64,000 nucleotides of DNA from Cyanophora paradoxa CCMP329 (GCA_004431415.1 QPMI01000169.1:124886-188885), one strand, 5' to 3'; shown: positions 46,290 through 60,206, numbered from the stretch's first letter. Numbers and translations are program-made. The notes: generated from the letters alone by a model not told the origin.

Positions 46290-49200
46290 CTACTTTGCCC
46301 TGGCCTTCTTCTTCCGCCCCGTGGCTGCGCCCTCGGCGGCCGCGGAGGCGGCCCCGCGGCCCCGGCGCTTGCCCCGCGCGACGGTCGGCTCCGCCTCCGC
46401 CGCCGCCGCCTCCTCCTCGGCCTCCGCCCCCGCCCGCCGCGGCGTGGCCGCGCCCGCGGCGGCGGCCGGGGGCGCCTCCAGCGCCTGCGCATCGGATGCT
46501 GAGGGCGCCGCGGCCTCCAGCCCCGGCAGCGCCTCGGGGCCCTCGAAGGGCCGGAACAGGTCGCGCCACTCTGCGGGGGTACCGTCGACAGGCGGCGGGC
46601 GGGGGGGAGGGCGAGGGGGGTACCGGCGACGCGGAGGTCGGTGGCGCGGTCCTCCTTGAGGGCGCCGGCGGGGCCGGCGGCGCGGAAACGGCCCCAGCCC
46701 GGGCCCTGCGGTCTCAGCGGCGCGCTGCTGCTGCATTCCTCCCCCTCGCCTTCGCCCTCGCCGGAGGCCCCCGCCGGGACCAGCTCGCCCCCGGCGGGGG
46801 CCTCCGCCTCCTCCGGGGCCGCCTGCTTCAGCCGCGTGCGCACCTGCCCCCGCCGCGTCAGGGGCGAGGGGCATGCATATGGGTGCGCGGGGCGGGGGGG
46901 AGGGGCGGGCGGGCCTGGAGGATGCGCTCCTCGACGGTGCCGCGGAGCCAGAGGATCTTGACGTTGACCTCGCGCGTCTGCCCGATGCGGTGGATCCGGT
47001 TGATCGCCTGCTCCTCCGTCCCCACGTTCACGCACGGCTCCAGGATGAACGCCCAGTTCGCCGCCTGCCGCAGAACCGCGTCAGGCCGGATGCGCGGGGG
47101 CGGGCGGGGCGGGGCGGGGCGCGCGGTGAGGGTGAGGCCGACGGCGCCGGCGCGGACGGAGAGGACGAAGACGTTCACGTCGGGCTTCTCCGAGAAGAGC
47201 CGCAGCGCCCGCGCTGCCCCGCCCCCTCAGCCGCCGGCGGGAGGAGAAGCGGCGAGGAGGGAGGGGGGCGGGCGTACCGCGGGACTTCTGCGCCATGGAG
47301 CCGCAGAGCTTGGAGTGCTTGATGCCGCGCTCCGTCAGCGCCTCCACCACGCGCTCGAAGGTGTGCGCGAAGTACGTGAAGACGACGACCTTGGCCGCCG
47401 CGTCCCGCCCCCAGAGGGCGTCCAGCTCCTCGAGGAGCAGGGAGAGCTTCGTGCCGTCCTCGAAGACGGCCCGCTTGTAGCGCGCCACCGTGTCCTCCCC
47501 GATGTCCCCCGGGATGACTGCGGGGATTAGCAGCTCCGGCTGCCGCCCCGCCCGCCCCGAGGCCGCCGAGGGCGAGGCCTTGCCGCCCCGGCCCCGCTGC
47601 TTCCTTCTCCTCCCCGCCCCGCTCGAGGGCGAGGAGGCGTCGGCGGGGGCCCCCTCCCCCTCCCCCTCCTCGCCCTCGTCCTCCTCGTCGCCCTGCTCCT
47701 GCTCCTGCTCCTGCTTCTGCTCCTCGCCCTCGTCCTCGTCGCCCGGGGCGGCGGCCTCGGGCTCGGCCTCCTCGCGCAGCGCGATGTGCACGAGCTGCCG
47801 CTCCGTGAACGGCCGCCGGCACGACGGGCACTGCGCCCTGCCCCGGCCCTCCCCGTCAGCCCCCGCGCAGGCGAGGGAAGAGGGGCCCGCAACGCACTTC
47901 TTCTCTCCAGCGGCGAAGAGGCCGGCGATGCACTGCAAGAGGCGCCGGCGGGTCAGGGCGCGCGTTGGGGGACGGGGCAGGGGGCGGGCCTCCTGGCAGA
48001 AGAGGTGGAGGCAGGGGCGGACGGCGCAGGGCGCCTCGATGGCGTCCAGGCAGATGGCGCACTGGATGGCCCCGCCCCCGCCCGTCCCCTCCCGCAGCGC
48101 CCGCTCGAGCTCCCGGATGTACTCCCGCCCCTTGTCCGCCCCCGAGAGGCCCTTCAGGATCTGCTCCAGGCTGAGGGACTTGGGGGCCGGCCGCGCCGCC
48201 CCCGCCCCGCGCCCCGCCTCGCCCTCCACCGCCGGCAGGCCCAGCGGGTCCCCCGCCGCTGCGCGCAAGTCACGAGGCAAGAAAGGCGGGGGAGGGAGAG
48301 GGCGGGGCGGGCGGACCCTCCTGCTCGCCGGAGAAGCGGACGAGAGGCAGGGAGCGGGGGTGGGAGCAGGCCTGGCGGAGGGCCAGCACGCAGGCGACCA
48401 TGTCGACGTACTTCGCCCGCAGCGACTCGTCCGTCTCCGCCAGCTGCGCCCCCTCAGAGGCGGGGCAGAGGGAGGAGGGCGGGGAGAAGAGGGGCGGACG
48501 GCGAGGAACTTGCGGCGGACGACGGGGAAGAGGCGCTCGTAGAGGAGGCGCTCGTCCTCCGTGCGCCACTCGGCGGCGACGGTCTCGACGCGGCGGGGCG
48601 GCAGCGTCACCAGCGCCTTGCCCCCGAGCACCTGCGCCTTCACGTGCCGCATCACCAGGCTCCGCACCATGTGCTGGGGGGCGGATGAGACGCGGAGGAG
48701 GAAGGAGGATGAGCGGGCGCGGGGGGGCGCGCCTCGGTGACTTGGAGGCCGGACTTGAGGTGCTTGTCGTAGTTCTTCTTGACGACGGCGTTCCAGCCGT
48801 TCTCGACGTTGAAGGGGTACACCCGCAGGTACTTGAAGATCGACCGCAGGTCCTGCACGGGGTCAGCTGGGGGGAGGGGGAGGAAGGGGGAAGGCAGAGG
48901 GGTGCGGGCGCGCCATGATGTGGGTCTGCATGGGGGTACCCGAGGCGAGCCAGCGGATGGGCGACTCGAGGCGGATCTGCAGAGGAGGCGCGCGCCCGTC
49001 AGCGCGGGTTTTCCTCTTCGGCGAAGGGAGGGGCAGAGGGCGCACGGCCATCTTGGCCTGCGCGCAGGCGGCGTACTTGCTGCGGGGGCGTCAGAGTGTG
49101 GGAGGGGCCGGCGCGGGGGCGGCGCACATGTAGTGGCTCTCGTCGCAGATGATGCGGAACCACTCGATCTTCTCGAGGGGGCTGTCCTCGCCCTTGGCCT

Positions 49201-50737
49201 CCCGCTGCAGAATGCTGTACGTCGTGAGCACGATGTCGTGCGCCGCGATCTTCGCCACGTCGCTCGTGCGCCCCGTGTGGTAGACGTAGACCTTCTGCGG
49301 CCGCACGCACTTGCGCTCGATCTCCAGCCGCCACTGCTCCAGCAGCGAGACCCTGCGCGGGGCCCGTGAGGCGGGCGGGCGGGAGCAGTCTGCGGGGCGA
49401 GGGGGCGCACGGGGCGATGACGAGGGTGGCGTTGGAGCGGGTGAGGCCCGGGCGCACGGGGGCCCCCTCGAGCCACGAGGCCGGCGGCCGGTTCAGCGCG
49501 ATCAGCGCCAGTAGCTCCACCGTCTTCCCCAGGCCCTGCGGCACGCTCGGCGCGGACGGGGGCAGGGGCGGGGCGGGGCGGGCGGTGGGGACGGCACCAT
49601 CTCCTCGCCGAGGATGCCGCCGCGGGCGGCGGAGACGTCCTGGAGCTTGACGTTGCCGGCGAAGGGGTTGTAGTAGGCCCGCGTGCCGTCCCCGAGGGTG
49701 AGCTCGGACCAGAACATCTCGACGGCGAGGCTCGTGGGGGACGCCTCGCGGTCGAGCATCCAGCGCAGGCTCTGCAGCTGGTACGGCCGCAGCGGCACCG
49801 TGATCTCCCCCTCCGGCTGCCCCGCCAGCGGCACCCCCTCCGTCGGCGCCAGGCACCGCGAGAGGATCCTGCCCCGCCGTCGGCGCCGCCCGCGCGTGTG
49901 GCGGGCCGCGGGCCGAGCGGGCGTACCCCTGGATGGAGAAGTCGCCGTCGTGCTCCTGCTGGCTGGAGAGGCCCTCGCGCCACTCGTGGTACTCCGGCCA
50001 GCGCTCCGCCCAGGGCCGCGGCTGCCGCGCGGGCAGCTCCAGCTCCGTCCCCGCCGCCTCCACCGCCACCTCCGCCGCCGCCGCCGCCGCCGCCGCCGCC
50101 TTGCCCTTCCCCTTTGCCTTGCCCTTGCCCGCCCTGCGCGGCGTGAGGCCGCAGCGCGGGGCTGCGGGGCGGGGCGGGCGGACGGGGCCGGCTCCTCCTC
50201 GGCAGCAGGCGGGGCGCCCGGGGCGCGCTCCTCGAGCTCGCGGCGGGGGTCGAAGACGACGCGGTCCATGAGGGCGGAGAGGTTCGGGTCCGCCACCTTC
50301 GTCGGGTGGCCCTCGAAGGCCGCCGCCGTCAGCCACACCCGCGCCTGCCGCCCCGCCTCGAACGCGCGCCGGCGGGCCCGGCAGGGGGCTGGGCGCCCCG
50401 CGCACCCGGAGGACGACGGAGGCGGAGGGGGCGTGGTAGCCGACGAGGGCCGAGGTGCGGATCTGGCCCTTGGACTCGAGGGCCACGCAGCAGCGCAGCG
50501 CGACCAGGCTCCTCGCCTTCTCCTCGGGGCCCCCGTCGTCCTCCGCCTTGCGCGGCAGCCACTCCAGCGGCCCGCCGGCGAGCCGCACGAGGGACTCGCC
50601 GGCGCAGGCGCGCCAGGCCTCGAGGCCGGCGGGGGCGCCCTTCACGAGGAAGCCGCGCTCGTCCCCCTCGCCGTGCAGGCGGCACACGTTCTCCCGCACC
50701 ACAAAGTCCAGGATCCCCTGCAGCGCCGTCGGGCCCC

Positions 50738-50777
<40 letters not shown>

Positions 50778-51657
50778 GGCGGGCGCGGGCCGCACGAGGT
50801 ACTTCGGCTCGCCGGCGGCGACGCGGGCGCCGGGGATGACGTACGGCGCCACCCGCCCGCCCCGCGGCTTCCCGTCCTTGCCCTTCCCGCCCTTAGCCTT
50901 GGCGCCCTTCTCGCCCTTCTCGCCCGCCTTCTTGGCGCCCTTGCCCTTCCAGCTGAACTTGCGCTTGCCGGTCGCCGGCTCCTCCTCCTCCTCCTCGCCG
51001 CAATCCTCGGGCGCCGCCTCCGCGTCGCCCGGGTGCTCGTCGAGGTACCGCTCGGCCGCCGCCTCCACGTCCCCGTCCGCGTACTGCGGCGCGGCGCGAC
51101 CCTCAACGCCGGCGCCGCGCGGCTTCACGTGAAGCGGGCGGCACCTTCAGGTACTTGTACAGCTGCGCGCGCTCCTTTCCGGCTCCCTGCACGCCGTGAA
51201 TGAGAGGCGGCGCGATGCGACGAACGGAAGCAGGGCGCATCGCGCTCGTGCTGGGGAAGGGAGTGTTCACCTTCACGCCGACCTGTTTCGCCAGCTTCGT
51301 GAGGCGCTTCTTCACCTCCTCCTCGGACAGCGTGGTAATTGATTCGCGAGGGCTCGCCCCCTTCTTCGACGAGGTGCTGGATGCGCCGCTGGGGGTCGAG
51401 CGCCCGCGCTTCTTCGCCCGCGAAGCGAGGGGCTCCTCGTCACTTTCGTTCTCTTCCTCGCTAGACTCGCTCTCCTCCTCGACCTCATCTGCGGCCGGGC
51501 GGGGCCCGCGCGTAAGCGCTGGAGCTCGCGCGTGCCGCCAGGAATCACGCGTGCGCGTCGCCCGGGGTGGGGGCAGCGCACCGTCCGTTGGCTCGTACTC
51601 GCTCGCGCTCGATTCCTCCTCCTCCTTCGCGCTCTTCCTCTTCCCGCCGCGTGCCAT
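46290..51657 (-). CDS. SNF2-family helicase with embedded RING finger (RAD5/RAD16/SHPRH-like)
   Basis: LRPYQLQSLRWM, GGILGEEMGLGKT, TLVIAP, WFRIICDESH, RWLASGTP, LRQACSHP, RING CAICLD...CLHLFCQEC...CPSCR, KVVVFTYF, AGAVGLTLTAAN, QAINRIHRIGQTREV. Confidence 0.93.
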
Positions 51658-51971
51658 GCCCGCCGCGTTACGAAGCTCCGAGGCTTGTCTTCCCGCGGGG
51701 GGTGCGGGTTGTACCGCTGCGCTATCGAACGAGCAGCCTTTGGCGCGCTCCGCCGCGCTCAGCTTGCGTGCGCTGACGAAAGTCGCGGGAAAAACAGGCC
51801 AGGGGTCTACTTCGGCCCGGGTACGGCCACTTCGAAGACCACGATCGGTCTTTTTGCGCTCGCCGCCGCCCGCAAGGTTCGCGAAATACGGTCACCTGCA
51901 CCCCGCGATCCCGCCCTGACTGTCGTTCCTCCGCGATCGCCCTGTGATCGTTTCATTCGGCGCGCAGCGAG

Positions 51972-54234
51972 ATGGAAGCCTTCTCGGTTCCCATCGTTCT
52001 CTCGAGCCTAGCCTCGGGTGTCGGAGTTGCCGCGGACGCGCAGCTGTCTCAGCAGCGCCGCCCCGCCAGCGTCCGCCCCCGTGGATCGGCCCGCGGCCGC
52101 ACCTTCGCGGGCAGCCAGAATATCGACGCTAGCACCTTTAGCCATAGCCAGGGGTCTCAGATCGATTCCGTACGCGGGAGCGAGTTCCTCCGCCCCATCG
52201 CCCCGGCTTCGCCCAGCGTGATCGCAGCCTCGACCCCGTCCGGGGTGGTCACCCAGGCGTCTTCCGAGCAGCACGGCGAGACTCCCTGCAGCAACAGCAA
52301 AAGCTACAGCTTCGGCGCCAACCCGTACGAGGAGATTTTCAGCGACCCGGACTCAGAGGCGCCCCGCGAGGAGTGCGGCGTGATCGGCATCTTCGGGCAC
52401 GAGGAGGCATCCAACCTCGCTTACCTCGGCCTACATGCGCTCCAGCACCGCGGCCAGGAGGGCGGTGGCATCGTGTGCTCGGACGGCGAGCAGCTGCGCT
52501 CCCACCTCGGGCTTGGGCTCGTATCAGAGGCACGCTTTTCTTTTCGTTCCTTCCTTTTCCTTTCTCGCGTCTGAATCCCGCGGCGCAGGTGTTCTCGCCC
52601 GACGTGCTGAAGCGCATGCCCGGCAAGGCCTCCATTGGGCACGTTCGGTACTCGACGTCCGGTGAGAAGAGCGTCCGTAACGTGCAGCCCTTCCTCGTCC
52701 GTACACGTGACGGCCAGGTCCGGCCCCGCCCGCTCGAGCCTCGGGTCGCGGTCTGACCTGGTATCGATGCGGCGCAGGTCGGCATCGCGCACAACGGCAA
52801 CCTGACGAACGCCAAGGTCATCCGCCGCGAGCTCGAGATGCGCGGCTCGATCTTCAACACCTCGTCCGACACGGAGGTCATCCTCCACCTGCTCGCCACC
52901 TCCATCCAGGCTCGCCCGCCCCCTCCCCGCCCCCCGCCGCCCCTCTCGCCCCCGCCCCGCTGAGCCCCGCCGCAGACGGACGTCCAGGGGGCGTTCCTGA
53001 AGCGGCTGAGCGACGCGCTGCTGCGCGTCGAGGGCTCCTACTGCCTCCTCCTCATCACCGAGAAGCAGCTCGTGCGCGGCGCGGGGCCCCGCGCGACCGC
53101 CGGGGCGCGCTCGTGACGCGGGGCTCTCGGGGCAGATCGCGGTGCGGGACCCGCACGGGTTCCGGCCGCTGGTGATGGGGAAGATGGGAGACACGGTGGT
53201 GTTCGCGTCGGAGACGTGCGCGCTGGACCTGCTGGGGGCGACCTTCGTGCGCGAGGTCGAGCCCGGCGAGATGGTCGTCGTCGAGGACGGCTCCGTCCGC
53301 TCCTACTTCCCCTTCCCCCGCGTCCCCCGCAAGGCCCGCCCCGCCCCGCCCCGCCCCGCGCCCGCCGGGGCGCCCCGCTGAGGCCGCGGGGCGCGGGGAG
53401 CAGGCGTGCGTGTTCGAGCACATCTACTTCGCGCGGCCCAACTCGGTGGTCTTCGGGCGCTCGGTGTACCAGACGCGCTTCCGCTTCGGGGAGGTCCTCG
53501 CCAAGGTCTGCCCCGTGCAGGCGGACGCCGTCATCCCCATCCCGGACAGCGGCATCGCGGCGGCGCTCGGCTACTCGGCGGCCTCGGGAATCCCCTTCCA
53601 GAACGGCCTCATCCGCTCGCACTACGTCGGGCGCACCTTCATCGAGCCGTCGCAGAGCATCCGCGACTTCGGCGTCAAGCTCAAGCTCTCCACCGTGCGG
53701 GCGATCATCGAGGGCAAGTCGATCGTGGTCGTGGACGACTCGCTCGTGCGGGGGACGACCTCGAAGAAGATCGTCAACCTGCTGCGCGAGGCCGGCGCCA
53801 AGGAGGTCCACATGCGCATCTGTAGCCCGCCCATGATCGGCTCCTGCCACTTCGGCGTGGACATCCCCAGCCAGGAGGGCCTCATCGCCTACCGCATGGA
53901 CATCGAGCAGATCCGCAGCTACATCGCGGCCGACTCGCTGGCGTACCTGCCGCTGGAGGCGATGCGGGACGAGCTGGCGGACGAGGCGCCGACCTTCTGC
54001 GACGCCTGCTTCTCGTGCGAGTACCCGATCCGCATCGCCGACTCGACGATGGAGGGCGCCAGCCAGCCGGTGCTCCCCAAGCGCCTCGAGGGCCGCTCCA
54101 TGGCCGACTTCGCCACCCTCGCCGCCCTCGCGCCGGGGATCAGCCTCTCCAAGGACGGCTCCATCCAGAAGGGCCCCGCCCCCGCCCCCGCCGCCAAGCC
54201 GGCCCCGCCCCCGAAGGCAGAGTCCTCCACCTGA
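51972..54234 (+). CDS. purF: Amidophosphoribosyltransferase, plastid-targeted, 4Fe-4S type
   Basis: [66 protein letters not shown]; transit peptide starts MEAFSVP. Confidence 0.97.
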
Positions 54235-54739
54235 CTCCCGTCGGGACCCTCCCCCGCCCCCGAGCCCCAGCCCGCCCCCGCCCCGCCCCTGACCGACCCC
54301 GCCCCGCCCCCGGCGCCCCCCGCGGCGGCCCCCGCACCGGCTCCCCAGCCGGCAGCGGAGGCCCCCCCGCGGAGAGCGCGCGGCCGGCGGAGGGTCCGCC
54401 AGCGGCGCCGGCGCCCCCGGCGCGGCGGGGCGGCGCCTTTGGCTTCTTCCGCAAGCGACGCCAGTAGGCGCCACGCGGTTTGGCCCCGGGGAGGGTGCCC
54501 CGTGCACTGTCCGACTCTCGTAGGGCGCTTGTTATGCGCGGCCTCAGAACGAGAAATTACGAACGCCTTCTTACCAGCCGAGCCCTGCGGCTGCGGGTCG
54601 AATGCATGCGTGCTGCCCCTGTGCCCGGCCCCGTTCCGGAGGAAGGCACCCTAACTGAGTACCTACTTGTAGAGCTGCCAAAAAGGGGGGCCCGGGGAGG
54701 GGCGGGGCCCGGGGCCGGGGGGGGTGAGGGGGTGCGGGG

Positions 54740-57041
54740 TCAGGGGGCGGGGAGGACGGCCCTGCAGGTGGGGCACTCGAGCTTGATCTCGATCCACTGC
54801 TGGAGGCACGGGGCGTGGAAGGTGTGGTTGCACGGGCACGTCATCTGCCGGCCCCGCCCCCGTCACGGCGGGGCGGGGGGCGCGGGAGGCAGGGTCGAGG
54901 GGAGGGCGCACGGGCTCGTCGTCGTCGGCGACGGGGGACATGCAGATGATGCACTCGCGGGGGGGGCCGGGGAGGCGGCGCGCGTAGTTGTACTTCTCGG
55001 GGAGGAGGCGGGCGGGGATGAAGAAGCGCGGGCCCAGGAGGTCCTGGAGGAGGAGGAGGAGGGCCTGGAGGGCGACCCAGGCCACGAGGGAGGCCGAGAG
55101 CGCGCCGTTCGTCTCCACGTGCAGAAAGTTGTGCGGGCACGCGAAGAAGTAGAGGGGGATCGCCAGCCGCGTCGCGCTCATCCCCAGCACGTACTGCCAG
55201 TGCATCGAGCGCCGCACGTCCCGCTGCGCGTTGTTCACAATCTGCGGCCACCAGAACGAGTAGAGCACGAAGCTGCGCGGGGGACGTCAGCTCGGCGGGG
55301 AGGAACACGTCTCGTCCGCTCCCGTGGCGCACACGAAGTAGCGGAGGGAGGCCTGCATCTGGTACATGAGGATGATACCGGCGAGGAGGAAGCCGTAGAA
55401 GCGCGAGTAGAGGACGCTCAGCTCCCGCCGCATCGACGTGAAGCCGTCCGCGAACTGCTGCGGCCGCCGCGCCTTCCAGATCGCCAGCAGGTAGCGCATC
55501 TCGAAGATGGCGAAGATGACGAACTTGAAGAAGGCCGCCGTCGCGAACGCGTTGAACAATCGCTCCACGACGATCCCCGTGGTGAGGTGCAGCAGGCAGA
55601 GGTACGAGTCCATGATGGCCTGGGAGCCCACGGTGAGGAGCGACACCTTCGAGGCCCCCTGCGCGCGGGGCGTGAGAGGGAGGAGGGCGGGCGGGGGCCG
55701 AGGGGGGCGCGCCGACTGCGTGCTCGTGAACTCCATCTGCTTGATCAGGAGGAGCACCTCCACAAACGAGAGCTGCCGGCGCGGCGCGGCGCGGCGCGGC
55801 GTCAGGGGGCTCCTGTCGGGGCGGGGGCGGGGCCGGGGGCGGGGGGCGCACGAAGGTGACCATGAGGGTGTAGTTGATGGCCTTGTTGAAGTACGCCTCG
55901 AATAGGATCGCCTGCGCCGCCATCAGCCGGCGCGGCGGGGCGGGGCGGCGCGGCGCGGCGCTTCGCGGGGGCGGACGGTGGCGTTCATGCGGAGGCCGGC
56001 GCCGGTCATGCAGTTGGGGGAGACCATGACGCCCTCGAGCTCGTGGCCCTTGCGCTCGCCCGCCTCCTCGTCCCCCGCGAGGCCCCCCGAGCCGTCCGTC
56101 GTCGCCTCGCGCTCCCGCTCCTTGGCGTACGCGTCCACCGAGGCGGGGTCGACGGGCTTGGCCTGGAGGAAGAGCTGGAGGATGCAGCGCTGGCCCGCCC
56201 CCGCCGAGCCCTCGACCGCCGCCGCCGACTTGCGGAAGGCGGCGGCGAGCGCCGCGAGGCTCGTGGCGTCCCCGTCCGTCCCGTTCTTGGCGGCGACGTG
56301 GGCCCCCTCGGCCGCCGCCATCGCCGCCCCCAGCACGTCCGAGAAGAGCACCAGCTGGCCCGTCCGCCACGTGTAGTACCCCGTCAGCGTCGTCCGCAGG
56401 TCCCGCGCCGTCGGGTACATCCCTGCGCCCCGCCCGTCGCCCGCCGCGCGAGGCGGCCGGCGCGGCGTGCGCACCGTCGCGCAGGAGCGCCTCGGCGATG
56501 ACCTCGTGCCGGTCCTGCCGCAGCCGCGTCGGCCCCGGCCAGCTCCGCCCCGCGGCGCACACTAGCTAAGCCCGGCAGGCCCCGCAGCGACGCGGCAGCT
56601 CTGCCCCTTGAGGGGCGCATAACCGCGACCCCACCTGGCAGGGAACGCACCTCCGAGTCCGTCCGCTTCGAAGTCAGATGGAAGAACAGGACGCCGGATC
56701 GCTGCTCGAAGCCGAGCTCGGATGTCTCGTTCGCGGATGCGAACTCCCACACGCCTGCGAGGCGGTCAACAGCCGCACAGCGAGCACGCGCGGGGACGGC
56801 CGCTCGCCCTTGAAGGCATCGCTGATATTGCTCGGATACACGCTCTTGTCCGCGGCCGGCTTGCCCTCCGGCGGTGCGATGGTCTGCGGTTGGGACGTCA
56901 TGCGGCGTACGGGCGAGCGGCGCGTCGGAGCGGGGTATTCTCGCGCACGCTCTCGCCACCCAACGCGGTTTTCTTGCAGAGGGCCAGGGGGGATAGCGCC
57001 ACCACAAGGGCAAGAAGAAGAAGAAGCGCGCCCCCGCGCAT
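54740..57041 (-). CDS. TUL1: Transmembrane RING-H2 E3 ubiquitin ligase, TUL1/FLY1-like
   Basis: Signal peptide MRGGALLLLLALVVALSPLALC; GVMVSPNC, KVSLLTVGSQAIMDSYLCLLHL, FKFVIFAIFEMRYL, YSFWWPQI, LGPRFFIP, CIICM...PCNHTFHAPCLQQWIEIKLECPTCR. Confidence 0.92.
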
Positions 57042-57187
57042 ATCGCGCTCGTTCAGGACAACTTGATCGCTACAAAGACATGGTGAACGGCGTCATTGCT
57101 AGGAGTCGAGTGTGAGGGCTCGCCGGGCTGTACCCCCTGTCACTGAACTTCAGACATCAATTTGCTTGGCTTCCTGGACGCTGCGCG

Positions 57188-60100
57188 ATGGAGGTGGAGC
57201 CGCCTGACCGCGGCCAAGGCCCCGGGCCGCCCGGAGGGGCCGGTCCTGCGGCGGTGCAACAGGCCGCCGCCGGCCATCTCACAGCCGCGCCGGCCAGCGG
57301 CGGTGCAACCCCTGACACGGAGATGGACACAGCCAACACGAACGTCGAGGCCTCCGCCGCGCCGCCAGCAGCCGCGCTGGCCGCGCCTGTCTTCGACATT
57401 CGGGTCATCGCACCGAACGAGCTCACAGACTTCGAGCGCATCGGAAAAGGATCATACGGTAAGTCGCCGCAGCGGCGCTGGCTTGTGTGTGGAGCTGTGC
57501 GACCGCTGGTCGTGCTGTACGGACGCTAGATCACCCGACCCGCCAACCGCGCCCGGCAACCGCACCCGCCGCCCAATGCGCGCCGCGCAGGTTACGTGGA
57601 AAAGTGCAAGCATCGTGGCCGGGTGCGACGGCCGAGTCCCGATGTGCCCTGGAGGTGCTAATGTTCTTCGGCCAGCTCGTGGCGTGCAAGTTCTTCGAGG
57701 GCGCCTACGACGAGGAGCGGCGGGAGTTGTTCGAGACGGAGGCGAGGCTGCTGGCGTCGGTCCGCTCGCCGTCGATCGTCGCGCTGTACGGGTGGCACAT
57801 CTCGGAGGCGAGGTGGTACATCGTGACGGAGCTGATGCAGTGGTCCCTCGCCGACGTCCTGCACTCGCGCGCGAGCGTCGAGAAGAAGGAGAAGGCCCCG
57901 CTCGCCGAGCTCACCCCGCTCGACAAGGTCCCGCCCCGCCCGCCCCCGCCCCCACTGCCCCGCCCGCCGCCCCGGCCCACGGCTGCGGCAGGTCCGCCTG
58001 CTGCTCTCCATCGCCGCGGCGCTCGCCGACGTCCACGCCTGCGGCATCGCGCACCGCGTGCGTTCGGCGCCCGGCCGCGCCGCCCCCGCCGCCGCCGCCT
58101 CCGACGTGCGGGGCAGGACCTCAAGTCGGCGAACGTGCTGGTGAACCTCGCCCAGAAGCGCGGCGGGGCCGGCAAGGGCATCAAGGAGGCCAAGCTCGCC
58201 GACTTCGGGTCGTCGGTGCTGGCCGGGGGCGACGAGGGGCGGGAGCGCGTCTTCGGGACGCTGCAGTACATGCCCCCCGAGGTCTTCAAGGCGGGCGCCC
58301 CCGCCTCGGGCCGCTTCGCCATCGACATGTACTCGTTCGGCACCCTCTGCTGGGAGGTCTGGACCCGCCAGGTCTGCCCCGCCCGCCCCGCCCCGCCCGC
58401 CCCCCGGGGGGCTGACCCCGCGCAGGTTCCCTACAGGGGCCGCTTCGACACGGACGAGCTGCTCATGGCGTTCATCATCGGGCAGCTGGGGTCGGGGAGG
58501 GCCCTCCCGCACGCGCTCCCGGAGGACGCGCCGCCGGACCTGAGGGGCCTGCTGCTGGCCTGCTGGAGCGTGCGCCCCGAGCTGCGGCCGACGGCGCTGC
58601 AGGCCCACGAGGCTCTCTCCGCCCTCGAGCGGGCCCTCACGCCGGCCCCCGCCCCGCCCCACTCCATCCCCGCCATCTCCTCCCGCTCCTGCTCCTCCGC
58701 CTCCTTCGGTCCGCCCCGCCCCCCCGTGCCGCGTGCCGCCCCGCCCCGCCCGCCTCACCGCCGCCGCGCGCAGCCTCCGAGGGCGCGCTCAGCGCGGCGG
58801 CGGGGACGGCGCGGAGGGAGGCGCGGCCCTTGGCCGTGCTGTCGGTGCAGCCGCCGTGCTGCGCCGTGCGCGGGCCGCGCGAGTGGCGGGTGACCCTGGA
58901 GGGCGCCGAGGGCCTCCTCCCGCCCGGCCCCGACCCCTCCGCCCCGACCTCTCCCGCCTGGGCCTCGAGCTCCGCGTCGAGCAGAGGACGATCCCCAGGC
59001 GCGGCCGCGCCGCCCCCGCCCCGCCGGCCCCGCCGCCCCCGCCCCCGGGTACAAGCTGGCGAGGCTGCTGCGCGTGCTCCCCTCGCCGGCCTCGGAGCGG
59101 CTCCAGCTGGCCGTCCAGGCCCCCTCCCTCGACAACTACGGCCCCTACACCCTCACCGCCGAGGCCGGCCCCGCCCTCTCCGCCCGCTACCCAAACCCCC
59201 TCTACGCATGTCCGCCCCCCGCCCCGCCCCGCCCCGCCCCCGGCCCCGCGGTTCCAAGCGCCGCCCGCAGGCGAGCTCTCCTTTGACCCTCCCTTCGCCC
59301 CCATGTCTTCGGCCGCATCCTCGAGTTCCGGTGCGCGGCTCGCTCGGGCGCCGCGCGGCGGCCGCGGGCCGGCGGCGAGGCGGGGCGGGGCGGCAGGGTG
59401 CGGCTGCGGCCGGCGGACTTCGTGGCGGGGAAGGCGGTGCGCGTGTACCTCAGCGACGGGGCGGCGTGCAGCGTCGCCGTGGCGCCCCTCGCCGACACCG
59501 CCGCCGGCGAAGACTACGTCCAGCTCGAGCTCTGGCCCGAGGGGCAGCCGCCCCGCGGCGGCCGCCGCTTCCACATCGCCGCCGAGCTCATCCCCCACCC
59601 CGGCGACGAAATGATGTACCCCGGCCCCGACGTCCCCCGGGTCGCGTGTGCGTGACCGCTGCGCCCGCCCCGGGCGGCCCCATGGTGGGCCCCTCACGCC
59701 GGGGGGGCCCCGCAGCCTTCCGCGACGCGACCCCCGCGGGGCCGGGGGAGGCCCCCGGGCAGGGGTACGGGGCCGGGGCGCCCAGCGGGGACCTCCCCGC
59801 GGCCTCGCCGGGGCGGCTGCTCGAGGTGCACCTCTCGACGGGGGAGCTCCACCACACGCGCCTCAACCTCCGCGCCCTCGAGTTCCCCTCCTCCGAGCCC
59901 CCCGTGCGCCCGCCCCGGGGCGCCCCGAGCCGCGCGGGAGGCTGAGGGGCGGGGGCGCAGCAGCAGCGGGCGCGCCTGGCGCCGCGCTTCGAGGAGCTGC
60001 TGGGGGTGCACGCCGGCCTCGCCTGCTTCGAGGCCTTCGAGTCCCCCGAGGACGTCCCCAGGGGCGGCCTCGAGGCCTTCGCCGCCTTCACCGGCAAGCA

Positions 60101-60206
60101 CGCCGCCGAGCTCGAGTCCCAGCTCGCCCTCGCCGGCCCCTCCCGGCCCCCGCCCCGCCCGGGGCCCGTCCCCGGGTTCCAGCCCTCCTCGAACACCGAG
60201 TTCTAG
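57188..60206 (+). CDS. Tyrosine-kinase-like Ser/Thr protein kinase with uncharacterised C-terminal region
   Basis: IGKGSYG, VACK, HRDLKSANVL, LADFG, GTLQYMPPE, DMYSFG, CWSVRPELRP; ends QPSSNTEF*. Confidence 0.9.

Noticed and set aside
49500-49625. SNF2 motif I variant GGILGEEM instead of GGILADEM as a sign of inactivity
   Set aside because: The Walker A GKT, DESH box and motif VI are intact, so the variation is within normal range.
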